A stretch of DNA of 64,000 nucleotides from Planctomycetota bacterium (GTDB taxonomy: Bacteria > Planctomycetota > GCA-002687715 > DRQF01). Position 1 is the first letter of the stretch, and each line of letters begins with the position of its first letter. Positions 8,445-17,913 of the stretch are shown here, piece by piece. The notes under the pieces are model-generated. The model ran no database searches, had not been told where the DNA came from, and was given only the letters and a program-made list of their open reading frames with translations. The DNA lies in NCBI GenBank assembly GCA_036479435.1, contig JAZGFI010000277.1:11247-75246 (forward strand), read 5' to 3'. Both the position numbers and the translations under genes were made by a program.

Positions 8445-9794
8445 TCAGTGCCCGCGGTGGACGATTCTCGGCCAGTAGTCATCGAATTCGAATTTGGGGC
8501 TGTTGGCGAGGTCGTGACATTTGAAGCAGAAACGCGGACCCAAGACACCGCGAGGGGTTTTGGTGAGAGGCTGGGCAGCATGGCCCGCCGCCGGGCCGTG
8601 GCAGGCTTCACATTGCACGTTGACTGGCGACATGGTGCTGGCGTCAAAGCCGCCGCGGCGATCAAAATCAACGACATGGCAACGAACGCACTCGGGGTCT
8701 TTCTGATCACCGCTTTCGATCAAGGACTGAAAAGCGTGAGCGTGACGGCTCGCCGCCCACACTTCGTGAGCCTTAGGGTGGCATGTCGCGCAGGTCTTGC
8801 TGCCAGCGTAAGGGCCCTCTGCCTGATGGATACGCGGCTCGTTTTCTAGAAGGTCTTCGTCGTCGACCATCTGGCGGTAAAAGGACAAAAGCTCGCGAGC
8901 GAAGTCGCCGACGCCGACTTTTTCGTCCAAGGTGTAGCCACGAACCGTGCTGGCCTTGGGCCAGGAAGTCCAGGCGACATCACGGCCTTTTTGCCCGAAC
9001 TCCACCACCGGCACGCCGTCGGTGTCCGACAAGAGCACCGGGATGTCGGATACCGAACGCAAGGCCACCATGGTCTTGGCCGCGGCAGCGCTTAGGCCCG
9101 AGCGACCCAGATAAGAACGAGTCTCGGCGTCAGTGGCCGTCGAGTAAAACAACAGATGGCCAACGTCTCCTGCCGTCTTGAGGGAAGCCAAGAGGTCTTT
9201 GGTGTCCGGCTCAGGCACCGCAGCGATACTGGGCTCGTTGAGTTTGTTGTCGGTCGGCGAGACATATCCGGTGACGTGGAGTTTCACACCGCGCCAAGGA
9301 ATGACGACGAAGGGAGTAAAGAGCGGTTCTTCACCGCGCATCAAATTCAAAGATACGAAAGGAAACTCAGCGAGCTGCACAAGGTCCGTCCAAAACGAAG
9401 ACCCAACTTGAAGATCGCCGTCGCCGGGACAAAAAGCCTTCACGCCGAGAGCCGTCATCGACTGCATGAAGATCTCGAGCTTCATTTCTTGCTGCCGACC
9501 CGCGTCGATGACCAAGTCGCCGAAAGCCAAGACCAGGCTGTCAGCCATGACCGCCTTATCAATCCCCTCAAAGAACCCGGCGCGCCTTTCAATTCCTCCG
9601 AGCACCGGCTTCGCGCAGCCGCAAGGGCGAATCATGCCGTGATCGTTGCCAATCATGAACAGGCCGGCTTCGATCTTTGGCGGCTTGCTGGCGCCTTCGC
9701 CACCAGCAGATCGGTCCTCTTGCCGGCAACTCGGGACCAACAGCCCCCCCGCGACAGCGATCAGCAACGAGGAAATAAGTAGTGAACGCATCAT
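8445..9794 (-). CDS. Tetraheme c-type cytochrome lipoprotein with N-terminal UshA/5'-nucleotidase-like domain
   Basis: Lipobox-like LLVPSC. GNDHGMIRPCGC...GGIERRA and FGDL motifs. Four C-terminal CxxCH (CATCH, CVRCH, CEACH, CFKCH). Confidence 0.88.
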   Translation of the reverse strand: MMRSLLISSLLIAVAGGLLVPSCRQEDRSAGGEGASKPPKIEAGLFMIGNDHGMIRPCGCAKPVLGGIERRAGFFEGIDKAVMADSLVLAFGDLVIDAGRQQEMKLEIFMQSMTALGVKAFCPGDGDLQVGSSFWTDLVQLAEFPFVSLNLMRGEEPLFTPFVVIPWRGVKLHVTGYVSPTDNKLNEPSIAAVPEPDTKDLLASLKTAGDVGHLLFYSTATDAETRSYLGRSGLSAAAAKTMVALRSVSDIPVLLSDTDGVPVVEFGQKGRDVAWTSWPKASTVRGYTLDEKVGVGDFARELLSFYRQMVDDEDLLENEPRIHQAEGPYAGSKTCATCHPKAHEVWAASRHAHAFQSLIESGDQKDPECVRCHVVDFDRRGGFDASTMSPVNVQCEACHGPAAGHAAQPLTKTPRGVLGPRFCFKCHDLANSPKFEFDDYWPRIVHRGH

Positions 9795-10837
9795 CGCTTG
9801 AGGTGAAGACTCCAGGGCACGAGCAACCAGGGCTGATCGGCGCGATCGGTTCTGATTCGCAACACGCCGCTATGGGTGCCAGAGCGTAGCCCCTTGGGAG
9901 CCACAACGGCAAGGACCAGGCGGTTCGCGACGAGGTCGGAGTCAAAATCGACGAACAAAGTCGGACTCTCAGCACACTCTAGGACTCGAAACACGCGGCC
10001 GCTTTGGCTGTTGATCAGCAGTTCGCGCTTGCTGGCCGTCTTACTGTCCAAGACCCCGAAAGACAGCCGTCGCGGGCTCACTCTAAGATCGCCAAGGACT
10101 TCCCCGGCGATTATCAGGATGGAACTTGGCTTCCAAATATCATCGGAGAAGACCGGCACGGTCCAGCGAAAGGGCCCGGGTTGTTTTGGCGCACGGCCCT
10201 TCCAAACCAAGGACTGGGCCAGCCCTTCCCCCGCTTTGCCGTTAACCGAGCGTTCGAACCTAGTCGCCACAGCAGCGACGTGTTTTTCGCCGAGTCTCAA
10301 GCGAACGATTTTGTCACCTCTTCGCCGCACGCGGCAGACGCCCGACAGTTCTTGTCGCGGGTCGACTTCCCCGAGTTGCACGGTCAGGGGATCCAAGCGC
10401 CACGCGGCGAGAACTTCTCCCGCAATGGCTAGGCGCAGAGTTTCAACCTTGCCGAGCGTCGAATCAGATTTCATTGCCGCCAATCGCAGGGTCATGTACT
10501 TTTTGAGCTGACCCTCAAGCCCCTTGGTGTCGAAGCGAAACTTCAGCGAGGTTGTCTTGCCGGCGGCCAAGATCCGCGGCGTTTGAAGGCTGCGAGCACA
10601 CTGGCAGTCGAACTTAATGTCGATCAATTTGCGGTCGAGTTTCCCTCGATTCTCAAGCTGGAATACGCCATCAAAACTCGCTCCCTGATCGCAGGCTGGA
10701 AAACTAAACTGCGGCGGGTTAGCGACGATCTGCGCGCGCCCGACATTGAGCCCCGCAAAGCTGAGAAGACAAAAGGCTGCGCCAAAAACAAAGGCGCGAA
10801 ACCCCAATCCATCGACAAGAGGTTTCGAAGACTTCAA
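9791..10837 (-). CDS. DUF1573-like Ig-fold secreted protein
   Basis: Signal peptide, then FQLENRG...IKFDCQC...FDT, resembling the DUF1573 CxC motif, and repeated beta-rich modules. TTG start overlaps the upstream stop. Confidence 0.7.
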   Translation of the reverse strand: MKSSKPLVDGLGFRAFVFGAAFCLLSFAGLNVGRAQIVANPPQFSFPACDQGASFDGVFQLENRGKLDRKLIDIKFDCQCARSLQTPRILAAGKTTSLKFRFDTKGLEGQLKKYMTLRLAAMKSDSTLGKVETLRLAIAGEVLAAWRLDPLTVQLGEVDPRQELSGVCRVRRRGDKIVRLRLGEKHVAAVATRFERSVNGKAGEGLAQSLVWKGRAPKQPGPFRWTVPVFSDDIWKPSSILIIAGEVLGDLRVSPRRLSFGVLDSKTASKRELLINSQSGRVFRVLECAESPTLFVDFDSDLVANRLVLAVVAPKGLRSGTHSGVLRIRTDRADQPWLLVPWSLHLKR

Positions 10838-13059
10838 CGACCCTGTGCCTGGGTTCGAAGGATATCGGCCGCGGTCTTGATGATGGTCGCTTCTTGCGGC
10901 GAACGCGCGTTCGTCCGCACTAAACGATTCAAGAACCGAAGACTCTTGTCGAACTGTCCCAATCCACGGCTGAGTTGCGCAGCCTCCCACAGCAAACCCA
11001 CGGTCGGGACTCCGGCCGCTATGCCCGATTCAATGATCTTGAGCGCCCGTCCTTTTTGTCCGGCGGCTATCGCCTCCTTAACGGCGACGCTCAAGGCATC
11101 GGCGTCTCCGGGAGACAGCTCCAGGGCGCGTGCCGCGTGAAGTTTTACCGCATTGTCATCGCCTTGAAGCTGAGCCAAGCGAATCTTTGCTCGCAGGTAC
11201 TTCAATCGAGAGGCCAGGGGAACTCTATCGCCGAGCTTGAGCAAGACGAGTTTCACTTCTTCAAGCGCGGATTGCGCGTCTTCAGCACCCTTTTGGCGCA
11301 CGAACTGGGTTATGCCACCATCGGGCGAGGCCTGCATCGCGACCTCCGAGAAGGTGAGCTCCGCATCTTGCAGCGCAACATTGAGCTGATTGATGGGACG
11401 ACCCTTGGCGTAGCGCCGCACCCGGTCCAGGCTGCGGCGTGCCAAAATGACGCCCGCCAGGCGCCCGTCAACATCGGGTTGCGACTCGGCCCTTACGGCT
11501 TCCCAAGAGACTCGATTCGACAACAAGTTGAAACACTGAGCTCTCGTCGTGAAATCGATCTGTTGGGTCGACGGCACTCGGACGAAGTTCTTCTCCATGG
11601 CGTCAAAGCGTGCGAAATCTTCGTCTGGTTTTGAACTCTTGATGTCGAGCGGACCCGCAAGAGAACCGACGACCATGTTGTTGTGGAGCGCCCAAACGCT
11701 GTTCTCGTCGAATTCCATCGTGTAGGTGGTCAGAGATGCGAGGCTGCGCCAGGCCTTCACAAGTTGCCGCGTGGCTACCAGTCCCACTAAAATTGACAGG
11801 ACCAAAAAGCCCGTGAGAATTTTGCCCCGCCAAACTCGCCGCCCCTCCCCCGAGCCGAGATGACGGGTTGCGCTCATGGCGATGAAGAGACCCAAACCGA
11901 ATAGGGAGCCGTAAGCGAAGCGATAGGCCGCGATAGCCCCGATCGGCAACAACAGATTCGAGGTGGGCAAAAAGGCCAAGACTGCAAACAGCAGAGCCAC
12001 CCCTTCGATGCGACGACGCCACAACTGCCACAGGGTGCCACCGACGAGCAGCAGCCACAGCAAAAGGCCACCGAGCACCCGCGCATCCATCAGCCCCACT
12101 GGGGGGGTATGGTCTTGGTGAGAGATGTTCGGGTTTAGATCGAAAGGCCAAACGAAAGCCTGCGCGTAGATGCTGAAGAAGGCCGCCAAGCTTGAAGTCA
12201 CGCGCTCAAAGGGAGCGAACTCACGAAAGGCACTTTGTTCGGCTACCGCCGCAAAGGCGCCCAAGACCTGAGTCCGAATGACGACCCACGCGATAAGCAC
12301 CACGATGAGAGGCAGCATCGACGCCAAAGCAAAGGCCAGACGCTTAGCAAAGGGTTCACTCGAAACGGACTGGCCTTCGCCGCTTTCAGCATCACCTTGG
12401 CCGGTGCGGCCGAGGATGAGCGCCTGGGCGAAAAGGACCGCCGGAAACATCGCCGCGTTCTCTTTTGAAAGCAAGGCGCCGAACCAACAAACGGCCGCCG
12501 TTACCAAGAAGCTCCAGGCGCGGACCGCTTCTTTTTCACGCAGCCCGAGCGTGAAGGTCCACCAACTGCCAATGATAAAGATTTGGGCCAGCATCTCCGC
12601 CGCACCGACCATGCCCACCACGGACTCCGCCGCCATCCCGTGCCAGGCGGCAAACAAACTCGCGCCCAGGGCCACTGGGAATCGCCAGCGCCAGCTCGCG
12701 AGGAGGGTCATCAAAAACAGAAACCGCAAGATTGCGAGGAGGGTATGCAATCCAACATTAGCGCGGTTGTAGATAGCAGCACCGGCGCTCGTCGAATCTT
12801 CCGAACCGATCCAATCGACGACAATGAAGTAGACCAGGGTCAAGGGGCGGTAAAGCGTTTCGATAGAGTCGGCACTCTGCTGGCCCGATGGGCCCCACCA
12901 ACTGCTGTGAAAAGCATCAGCAATGCGATGCTCACGAACGATTGGATTCTTGTCGACGACAAGATCAGCATCCAAGGCGAAGTCGTTCTTGCCAATACCG
13001 GTATAGACCAAGGGAAGGAACATGGCCATCAAGGCGACGGCGACGAGTCTGCGTGACAT
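10834..13059 (-). CDS. TMTC-like GT-C membrane glycosyltransferase with C-terminal TPRs
   Basis: NDFALD...YRPLT, WHGMAAESV, ALLSKENA, WPFDL and FLPTSNLLLPIG...AYRFAY motifs. About 11 TM helices and a TPR-like tail. Confidence 0.8.
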   Translation of the reverse strand: MSRRLVAVALMAMFLPLVYTGIGKNDFALDADLVVDKNPIVREHRIADAFHSSWWGPSGQQSADSIETLYRPLTLVYFIVVDWIGSEDSTSAGAAIYNRANVGLHTLLAILRFLFLMTLLASWRWRFPVALGASLFAAWHGMAAESVVGMVGAAEMLAQIFIIGSWWTFTLGLREKEAVRAWSFLVTAAVCWFGALLSKENAAMFPAVLFAQALILGRTGQGDAESGEGQSVSSEPFAKRLAFALASMLPLIVVLIAWVVIRTQVLGAFAAVAEQSAFREFAPFERVTSSLAAFFSIYAQAFVWPFDLNPNISHQDHTPPVGLMDARVLGGLLLWLLLVGGTLWQLWRRRIEGVALLFAVLAFLPTSNLLLPIGAIAAYRFAYGSLFGLGLFIAMSATRHLGSGEGRRVWRGKILTGFLVLSILVGLVATRQLVKAWRSLASLTTYTMEFDENSVWALHNNMVVGSLAGPLDIKSSKPDEDFARFDAMEKNFVRVPSTQQIDFTTRAQCFNLLSNRVSWEAVRAESQPDVDGRLAGVILARRSLDRVRRYAKGRPINQLNVALQDAELTFSEVAMQASPDGGITQFVRQKGAEDAQSALEEVKLVLLKLGDRVPLASRLKYLRAKIRLAQLQGDDNAVKLHAARALELSPGDADALSVAVKEAIAAGQKGRALKIIESGIAAGVPTVGLLWEAAQLSRGLGQFDKSLRFLNRLVRTNARSPQEATIIKTAADILRTQAQGR

Positions 13060-13244
13060 GTAAGCGGCTCTCTCGCTTTGGTTGCTTGGGCTCTTGCCCC
13101 AGCTTAGCTAGGTCATTGCCGGAATTCTCTCGCGGCGTGAACAAAAAAAAACACTCGCGAGCGGATTGTTTTAGAGGTTCAACTCTCGTCGATTGAACCC
13201 GATCAGAATCCAATCCCAATCTCAAGCAACTGAAACGAAGCAGC

Positions 13245-13745
13245 TCAAATGACGGCAATCGAAGTCGAGGCGATAGAACCGGTAGCGTCGTTCGTAGCCG
13301 TGAGAGTAACCGTCGCGCCAGCAAGGTCGTTCGGAACATCGAATTCAAACTTCCAGGCCTGGTCCTCAGCACTCCAAAACAGCTTGGGAACATTGACCAG
13401 CCATCCGTCGATCTTAACGACGACCGTGGCCCCGGAGGTGTCATCACCCGCTGCGGGCGCAGGAACATTCTCGACGTGCCCCGTCAAGGTGCCACCGGAA
13501 GACGCGCCTCCCGCCAGGGTGATGCCGGGACCTCTTCCAAGCACCCTTCCATCCTCAGCGTCAACAACGCGACGGTGAAGGAGGCTAAAAGCATCGGCTG
13601 CGGCCGTCAACGCCCACCCGGACTCCACGGCCTTGGCACCGCGAGCTTGGGGCGAGTCTACGCTGGCTCCACCTCCGGCCACGAGCAGCACGCTCATGCC
13701 AATGGAAAAGACCGCGCAGGCGACTTTTGCGCGAAGACGGGACAT
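13245..13745 (-). CDS. Secreted hypothetical protein (beta-rich, Ig-like C-terminus)
   Basis: AAGGAG about 12 nt upstream of ATG 13745. Hydrophobic N-terminus and beta-strand-rich C-terminus. Confidence 0.6.
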   Translation of the reverse strand: MSRLRAKVACAVFSIGMSVLLVAGGGASVDSPQARGAKAVESGWALTAAADAFSLLHRRVVDAEDGRVLGRGPGITLAGGASSGGTLTGHVENVPAPAAGDDTSGATVVVKIDGWLVNVPKLFWSAEDQAWKFEFDVPNDLAGATVTLTATNDATGSIASTSIAVI

Positions 13746-13974
13746 GCGGAATTGAGGCTCCTTTGCGGACAACCAAATTGACGTCGCTACTATACCGTTC
13801 GGATCGAAGGGCCGCTAAACAATTGTGATATTTTAAACCCCTATGATGGATTGAGTTAGCACAGGTCGATGGCTGGGCAACCATGGCCAAGGAGGCCGGA
13901 GGGGGCGAAAACAGACGCAAATCGGCCTCGGATAAGAGATTCGATCGATCTCAAGTTGAAGATCCGGGCCCTTT

Positions 13975-15351
13975 TTAGCGAAATTCATCGGGGTCTATTC
14001 CCAAGGATTGGATCTTTGCGTGGAGAGTCGGGCGGCTTATTCCGGCGCGGCGCGCGGCCTCAGACACGTTTCCCTGCACAGATCGAAGCAATCGCAGCAA
14101 GTACTGCGCTTCAAAGGCCGTCACCGCTTCGCGAAACGGTGCCAAGTTCGCAACCTCGCGCGGCTCGGTTAGGCAATCCTCAGGCACGGCATCAACGCCA
14201 AGGGTTTTCTTTGTACCGAGGGCGAGCATGCGCTCTATCACGTTCTGCAACTGGCGAACGTTGCCTGGCCAATCTTGATCTTCGAGTAAGGCGCGCGCTT
14301 CAAGGTCAATGGCATCTTCATCGCGACCGTGAAGAGCTAGACTATGATTGATGAGCTCCCCGATGTCAGCGCGCCTTTTTCTGAGCGGCGGCACCGTGAG
14401 AGAAAAGACGTTGAATCGAAAGAAGAGGTCTTGGCGAAACAAGTTGTCTTCGACCCGCTTTTTTAGGTCGCGGTGAGTGGCCGCGACGATGCGTAAATCC
14501 AGCACCGACGTTTCGCTACTTCCCAGCGCCGAGACCTCGCCACTTTGAAGCAAGCGAAGCAGTGCCGGCTGCACTTCCAAGGGCGCCTCTGCGATCTCGT
14601 CCAAGAACAAAGTACCGCCGTCAGCCCGCCGGCAAACGCCGTCGCGCCGCACGGTCGCGCCGGTGTAGGCACCTTCCTCCACGCCAAAGAGCTCCGCCGC
14701 AACGAGACTTACCGGCACCGCCGCGCAGTGGAAGGCCTGGAACGGACCCTCGTGGCGGGGCGAACGAGCGTGAATGGCGCGCGCCACGAGCTCCTTACCG
14801 GTGCCACTCTCGCCCTTGATCAGCACCACGCCCTTTTTGCCGGCGACGATGTCAATTTCTCGATAGAGCTGCTGCATCGGCGGGCTTGTGCCCACCATCC
14901 CCTCAAAGCGACGGCCCTCGGCAAGTAGACGCTTAAGGAGCTGGTTCTCAGCCGAAAGCCTGCTCGCGCGCAGAGAGGCGCCGATGACCTTGAGGATCTC
15001 CTCGCGATCGAATGGCTTGGTGATGTAGTTGTCCGCACCTGCTTTCAGAGCGGCGATCGCGTCGGGAATCGACCCGTAACCGGTCATGACGATGACCGGC
15101 AATCCTGGCCGCTGCACTTTAGTGCTCTGCAACAGGGCCAAGCCATCCACCTCGGGCATCCGAATATCGGTCAGCAACAGGTCGAATTCTTGGTCCTGAA
15201 TGAGCCGCCTCGCCGCGGCACCATCGGCGGCGATCTCGACATCGAAGCCGCGTTTTTTGAGCAGCCGTTGCAGGTAAAAGCGCATCGCTTCTTCGTCGTC
15301 GACGACGAGCAAGCGCTCTTTGGGTGCAAGAGTTTTTTCGGATTCGCTCAC
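13975..15351 (-). CDS. Sigma-54-dependent response regulator (NtrC family)
   Basis: REC domain (LLVVDDE, LLTDIRMP, KPF), GESGTGKE, GAYTGA, LFLDEI, WPGNVRQL and a C-terminal Fis HTH. Confidence 0.95.
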   Translation of the reverse strand: MSESEKTLAPKERLLVVDDEEAMRFYLQRLLKKRGFDVEIAADGAAARRLIQDQEFDLLLTDIRMPEVDGLALLQSTKVQRPGLPVIVMTGYGSIPDAIAALKAGADNYITKPFDREEILKVIGASLRASRLSAENQLLKRLLAEGRRFEGMVGTSPPMQQLYREIDIVAGKKGVVLIKGESGTGKELVARAIHARSPRHEGPFQAFHCAAVPVSLVAAELFGVEEGAYTGATVRRDGVCRRADGGTLFLDEIAEAPLEVQPALLRLLQSGEVSALGSSETSVLDLRIVAATHRDLKKRVEDNLFRQDLFFRFNVFSLTVPPLRKRRADIGELINHSLALHGRDEDAIDLEARALLEDQDWPGNVRQLQNVIERMLALGTKKTLGVDAVPEDCLTEPREVANLAPFREAVTAFEAQYLLRLLRSVQGNVSEAARRAGISRPTLHAKIQSLGIDPDEFR

Positions 15352-16853
15352 AAAGACTCTCGATCGGGGATGAACACGGAGAACTCGCTGCCCTGACCCG
15401 GGCCCCTTGATGCGGCCTCGATCCTAGCACCCAAACGCGCCACGATGCCATGCGAGACGGCGAGCCCCAGCCCGGAGCCCCCGCCTCCTGCAGAACTCCC
15501 GTCCTTCGTCGTAAAAAAGGGCTCAAAGATGCGATCGAGGTGTTCGGTGTCGATCCCCAGACCCCAGTCTTTCACCAAGACCCGCTGCCCTCCCGGGGCC
15601 GCCTCGACGCTGATTTCGATCTTCTGACCGCTTTGACTGGCTTGAAGCGCGTTCAGATAGAGATTTAAGAGCACTTGCTGCAGGCCTCGCGCATCACTGG
15701 TTATCGGCGGCAGATTCGAGGCCGACATCCTGAGCTCAACGCCCCTAAGGCTCGCGTCGGGCCCGACCAGCCGCAAGGCCGTCTCCGCCACTTCCCGCAG
15801 CGAAATGGGGCTAAGTTCACCGTCGACGCCACGGCTGAAGCTGAGCAGGTTCTCGGTCACCAAGCCCGCCCTCTCAGCGGTTCTGATGATGACATCCAAA
15901 GTTTCCGCAGCATCGTGATCGCTGACATCATCCTTCAGCTCGGTGGCGCAACCGCGGATACCGCCAATGATGTTGTTGAACTCGTGGGCCATGCCCTGGG
16001 CCATCGTCCCCAACGCCACCATCTTCGCGGACTCGACCAGTTTCCCCTGGGTCGTCTCAAGTTCCACCAAGGTTGTCTCGAGCCTAGCATTAGTGGCTTC
16101 CTTGGCCCCGAGAGCTTCGCGCAGCGCGAGGGTCTTCACTTCGACTTTCTCTTCGAGCCCCTGCTGCGCTTGCTCGACGGCATCCGCCATCGAATTAAAA
16201 CTTCGCGCTAAACGAACGATCTCTTCTCCACCTTGCTCTTGGATGCGACCTCCAAGATCACCTTTCCCCATGCTCTCGACAACTTCGGTTGCCTCTCGTA
16301 GGGGCTTCAACACCGTGAAGAAAAAAGCGAACCCAATCAGGCTGCTTACCGCGAGTAGAAACGCGCCTCCCCATACCAGCAAACGCCGCGTGATGCTCCG
16401 ACGCCATTCTGCAACGGCAACTTTTTGTTGCTCGTCGATTTGGGAGAGCTTGCCGCGAATGACTTCACCCTCGTTCTCGCGAAACAGATCGGCGATGATG
16501 CGCGAGTTCTCTCGATTGCGCACCCTCATTTCGTCGAGCCGTTCGCGCAAGAGCGCCTCTAGTTCAGCCTCGCGGCCTTCGAAAAGATCGAAAGGAATAT
16601 CGGCCAGCTCGCGGCCAAATTTGCCGGAAAGGCTCGTCACCGACTGGTCCATCAGATCGGCCTGCGTGTCTGCGATCTCGGAGAAGACGGTTTCGATTTC
16701 GCGGCCAGAACGATCCATGATCTTCGCCGATGTTTCGGCGACTTCGTCACCCGCGCTCCGCGCGACAATGAGCCCGAACGCCAAGATCCCCAGCACCAAA
16801 AGCGCAAAGAGCGCGAGAAAAAACCGCGCCCCTAAAGATCGAAATCGCGTCAT
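15348..16853 (-). CDS. HAMP-domain sensor histidine kinase
   Basis: Two TM helices, HAMP, H-box AHEFNN, N-box NLYLNA, DWGLG, FEPFFTTK and GSGLGL. Confidence 0.95.
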   Translation of the reverse strand: MTRFRSLGARFFLALFALLVLGILAFGLIVARSAGDEVAETSAKIMDRSGREIETVFSEIADTQADLMDQSVTSLSGKFGRELADIPFDLFEGREAELEALLRERLDEMRVRNRENSRIIADLFRENEGEVIRGKLSQIDEQQKVAVAEWRRSITRRLLVWGGAFLLAVSSLIGFAFFFTVLKPLREATEVVESMGKGDLGGRIQEQGGEEIVRLARSFNSMADAVEQAQQGLEEKVEVKTLALREALGAKEATNARLETTLVELETTQGKLVESAKMVALGTMAQGMAHEFNNIIGGIRGCATELKDDVSDHDAAETLDVIIRTAERAGLVTENLLSFSRGVDGELSPISLREVAETALRLVGPDASLRGVELRMSASNLPPITSDARGLQQVLLNLYLNALQASQSGQKIEISVEAAPGGQRVLVKDWGLGIDTEHLDRIFEPFFTTKDGSSAGGGGSGLGLAVSHGIVARLGARIEAASRGPGQGSEFSVFIPDRESL

Positions 16854-17905
16854 CGTGGCCTCCCCGTTCGAAAGACCCGCCAGGCATCTAAGACCACCGG
16901 CAGGGGCAGGCGACGGCCCAAGCGTGAAGCAACGTCAAGATCGACGTAAAGGCGTGAGGAGGTCAATCGCCCCACCTTGAGCGCCGCCGGATTTTGGCCG
17001 CGCCGCAACACGCGATCGACCAAAGCCGCAGCCCGCAAACCCAATAGTTCATAGTCCACGGCCAGCACCAAAAGAGCGCCACGGCCGGCGCAGCGCTCGG
17101 AGGACGAGACCACCGGGATCTTTGCTGCCGACGCTTGGGCCACGATCTTGGCGAAAGCCTCTTGCTGATAAAGGCCAATGTCGATCGGCACCCAAATCGC
17201 GTCGGAGTTGGCACAGGCGGCCTTGAGCTGGCGATCAAAGTCTTTCGCACCCTTGATCTCATAAGACAAAAGCTCGGTTGCGGGCTTTTTGCCAGCCACG
17301 GCCTTCAAGGCTCGACGGGCCTCTGCAATCTCGGCCTGCGAAACTGCGTTGTTCGCCGTGTGCAGCACGGCCAGACGCTTAAGGCCGGGGACCGCGGCAC
17401 GAAAAGACTCAAGCATGAAGCGTCGATCGAGCCAATTGCTGTTGCCACAGACCAAAGCGCGACCGCCTTGCCAAGAGGGCACGATGCCCGCCAAGACGGG
17501 ATTCGTAACGGCGGTGAAGAAGACCATGACGTTCGGGCAGTACTTCAAAGCCAATTGGGTGGCTTTGGTTCCCAATGCGACCACACAGCGGACTCCTTTT
17601 TGTTCGGCCTGCGCCAAGAATTTCTCCGCGTGCTGCTTGTTGCGCTTCGCATCGAACACAACGATTTTTTCGTAACCCACGAGGCGAAGACCTCGCTTTA
17701 GACCACGGAGAGCTTTTTTGTCGTTGGGTGATTCGTGCCATTGAAAGACGGCGATTTCACCGACGCTTAGGCTCGGGAGCGAGATGTCTTGGGCAAGGAC
17801 CCGCTCGTGCATCGAAAGGCAGGCGAGAGTCATGAGGAAGGTCAGAGCACCTACTCTCAACAAGCCATCGCGAGCCATCGCTCTCAATGTGAAAACGGCC
17901 GCCAT
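16850..17905 (-). CDS. ABC-type substrate-binding protein (PF04392-like), orphan
   Basis: Signal peptide. VALGTKA, FFTAVTNPVLAGIV, DAIWVP.D and GALL...DYELLG motifs. Start uncertain (17905 or 17878). Confidence 0.8.
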   Translation of the reverse strand: MAAVFTLRAMARDGLLRVGALTFLMTLACLSMHERVLAQDISLPSLSVGEIAVFQWHESPNDKKALRGLKRGLRLVGYEKIVVFDAKRNKQHAEKFLAQAEQKGVRCVVALGTKATQLALKYCPNVMVFFTAVTNPVLAGIVPSWQGGRALVCGNSNWLDRRFMLESFRAAVPGLKRLAVLHTANNAVSQAEIAEARRALKAVAGKKPATELLSYEIKGAKDFDRQLKAACANSDAIWVPIDIGLYQQEAFAKIVAQASAAKIPVVSSSERCAGRGALLVLAVDYELLGLRAAALVDRVLRRGQNPAALKVGRLTSSRLYVDLDVASRLGRRLPLPVVLDAWRVFRTGRPR

Positions 17906-17913
17906 CCGCCGCC

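Noticed and set aside
8327..8710. 128-aa N-terminal extension of the SBP ORF
   Set aside because: Overlaps the cytochrome gene. The GGAGG RBS and signal peptide point to ATG 8326.
9600..9640. Possible selenocysteine in the CGC motif
   Set aside because: Both codons encode Cys and the ORF has no in-frame TGA.
13876..13890. Sigma-54-like TTGGCCATGGTTGC on the minus strand
   Set aside because: GG-to-GC spacing is 8 nt rather than the required 10.
15943..16980. Long antisense ORFs (here and opposite polA, thrS, aspS and the HEAT genes)
   Set aside because: Typical GC-rich codon-bias shadows with no recognisable motifs.
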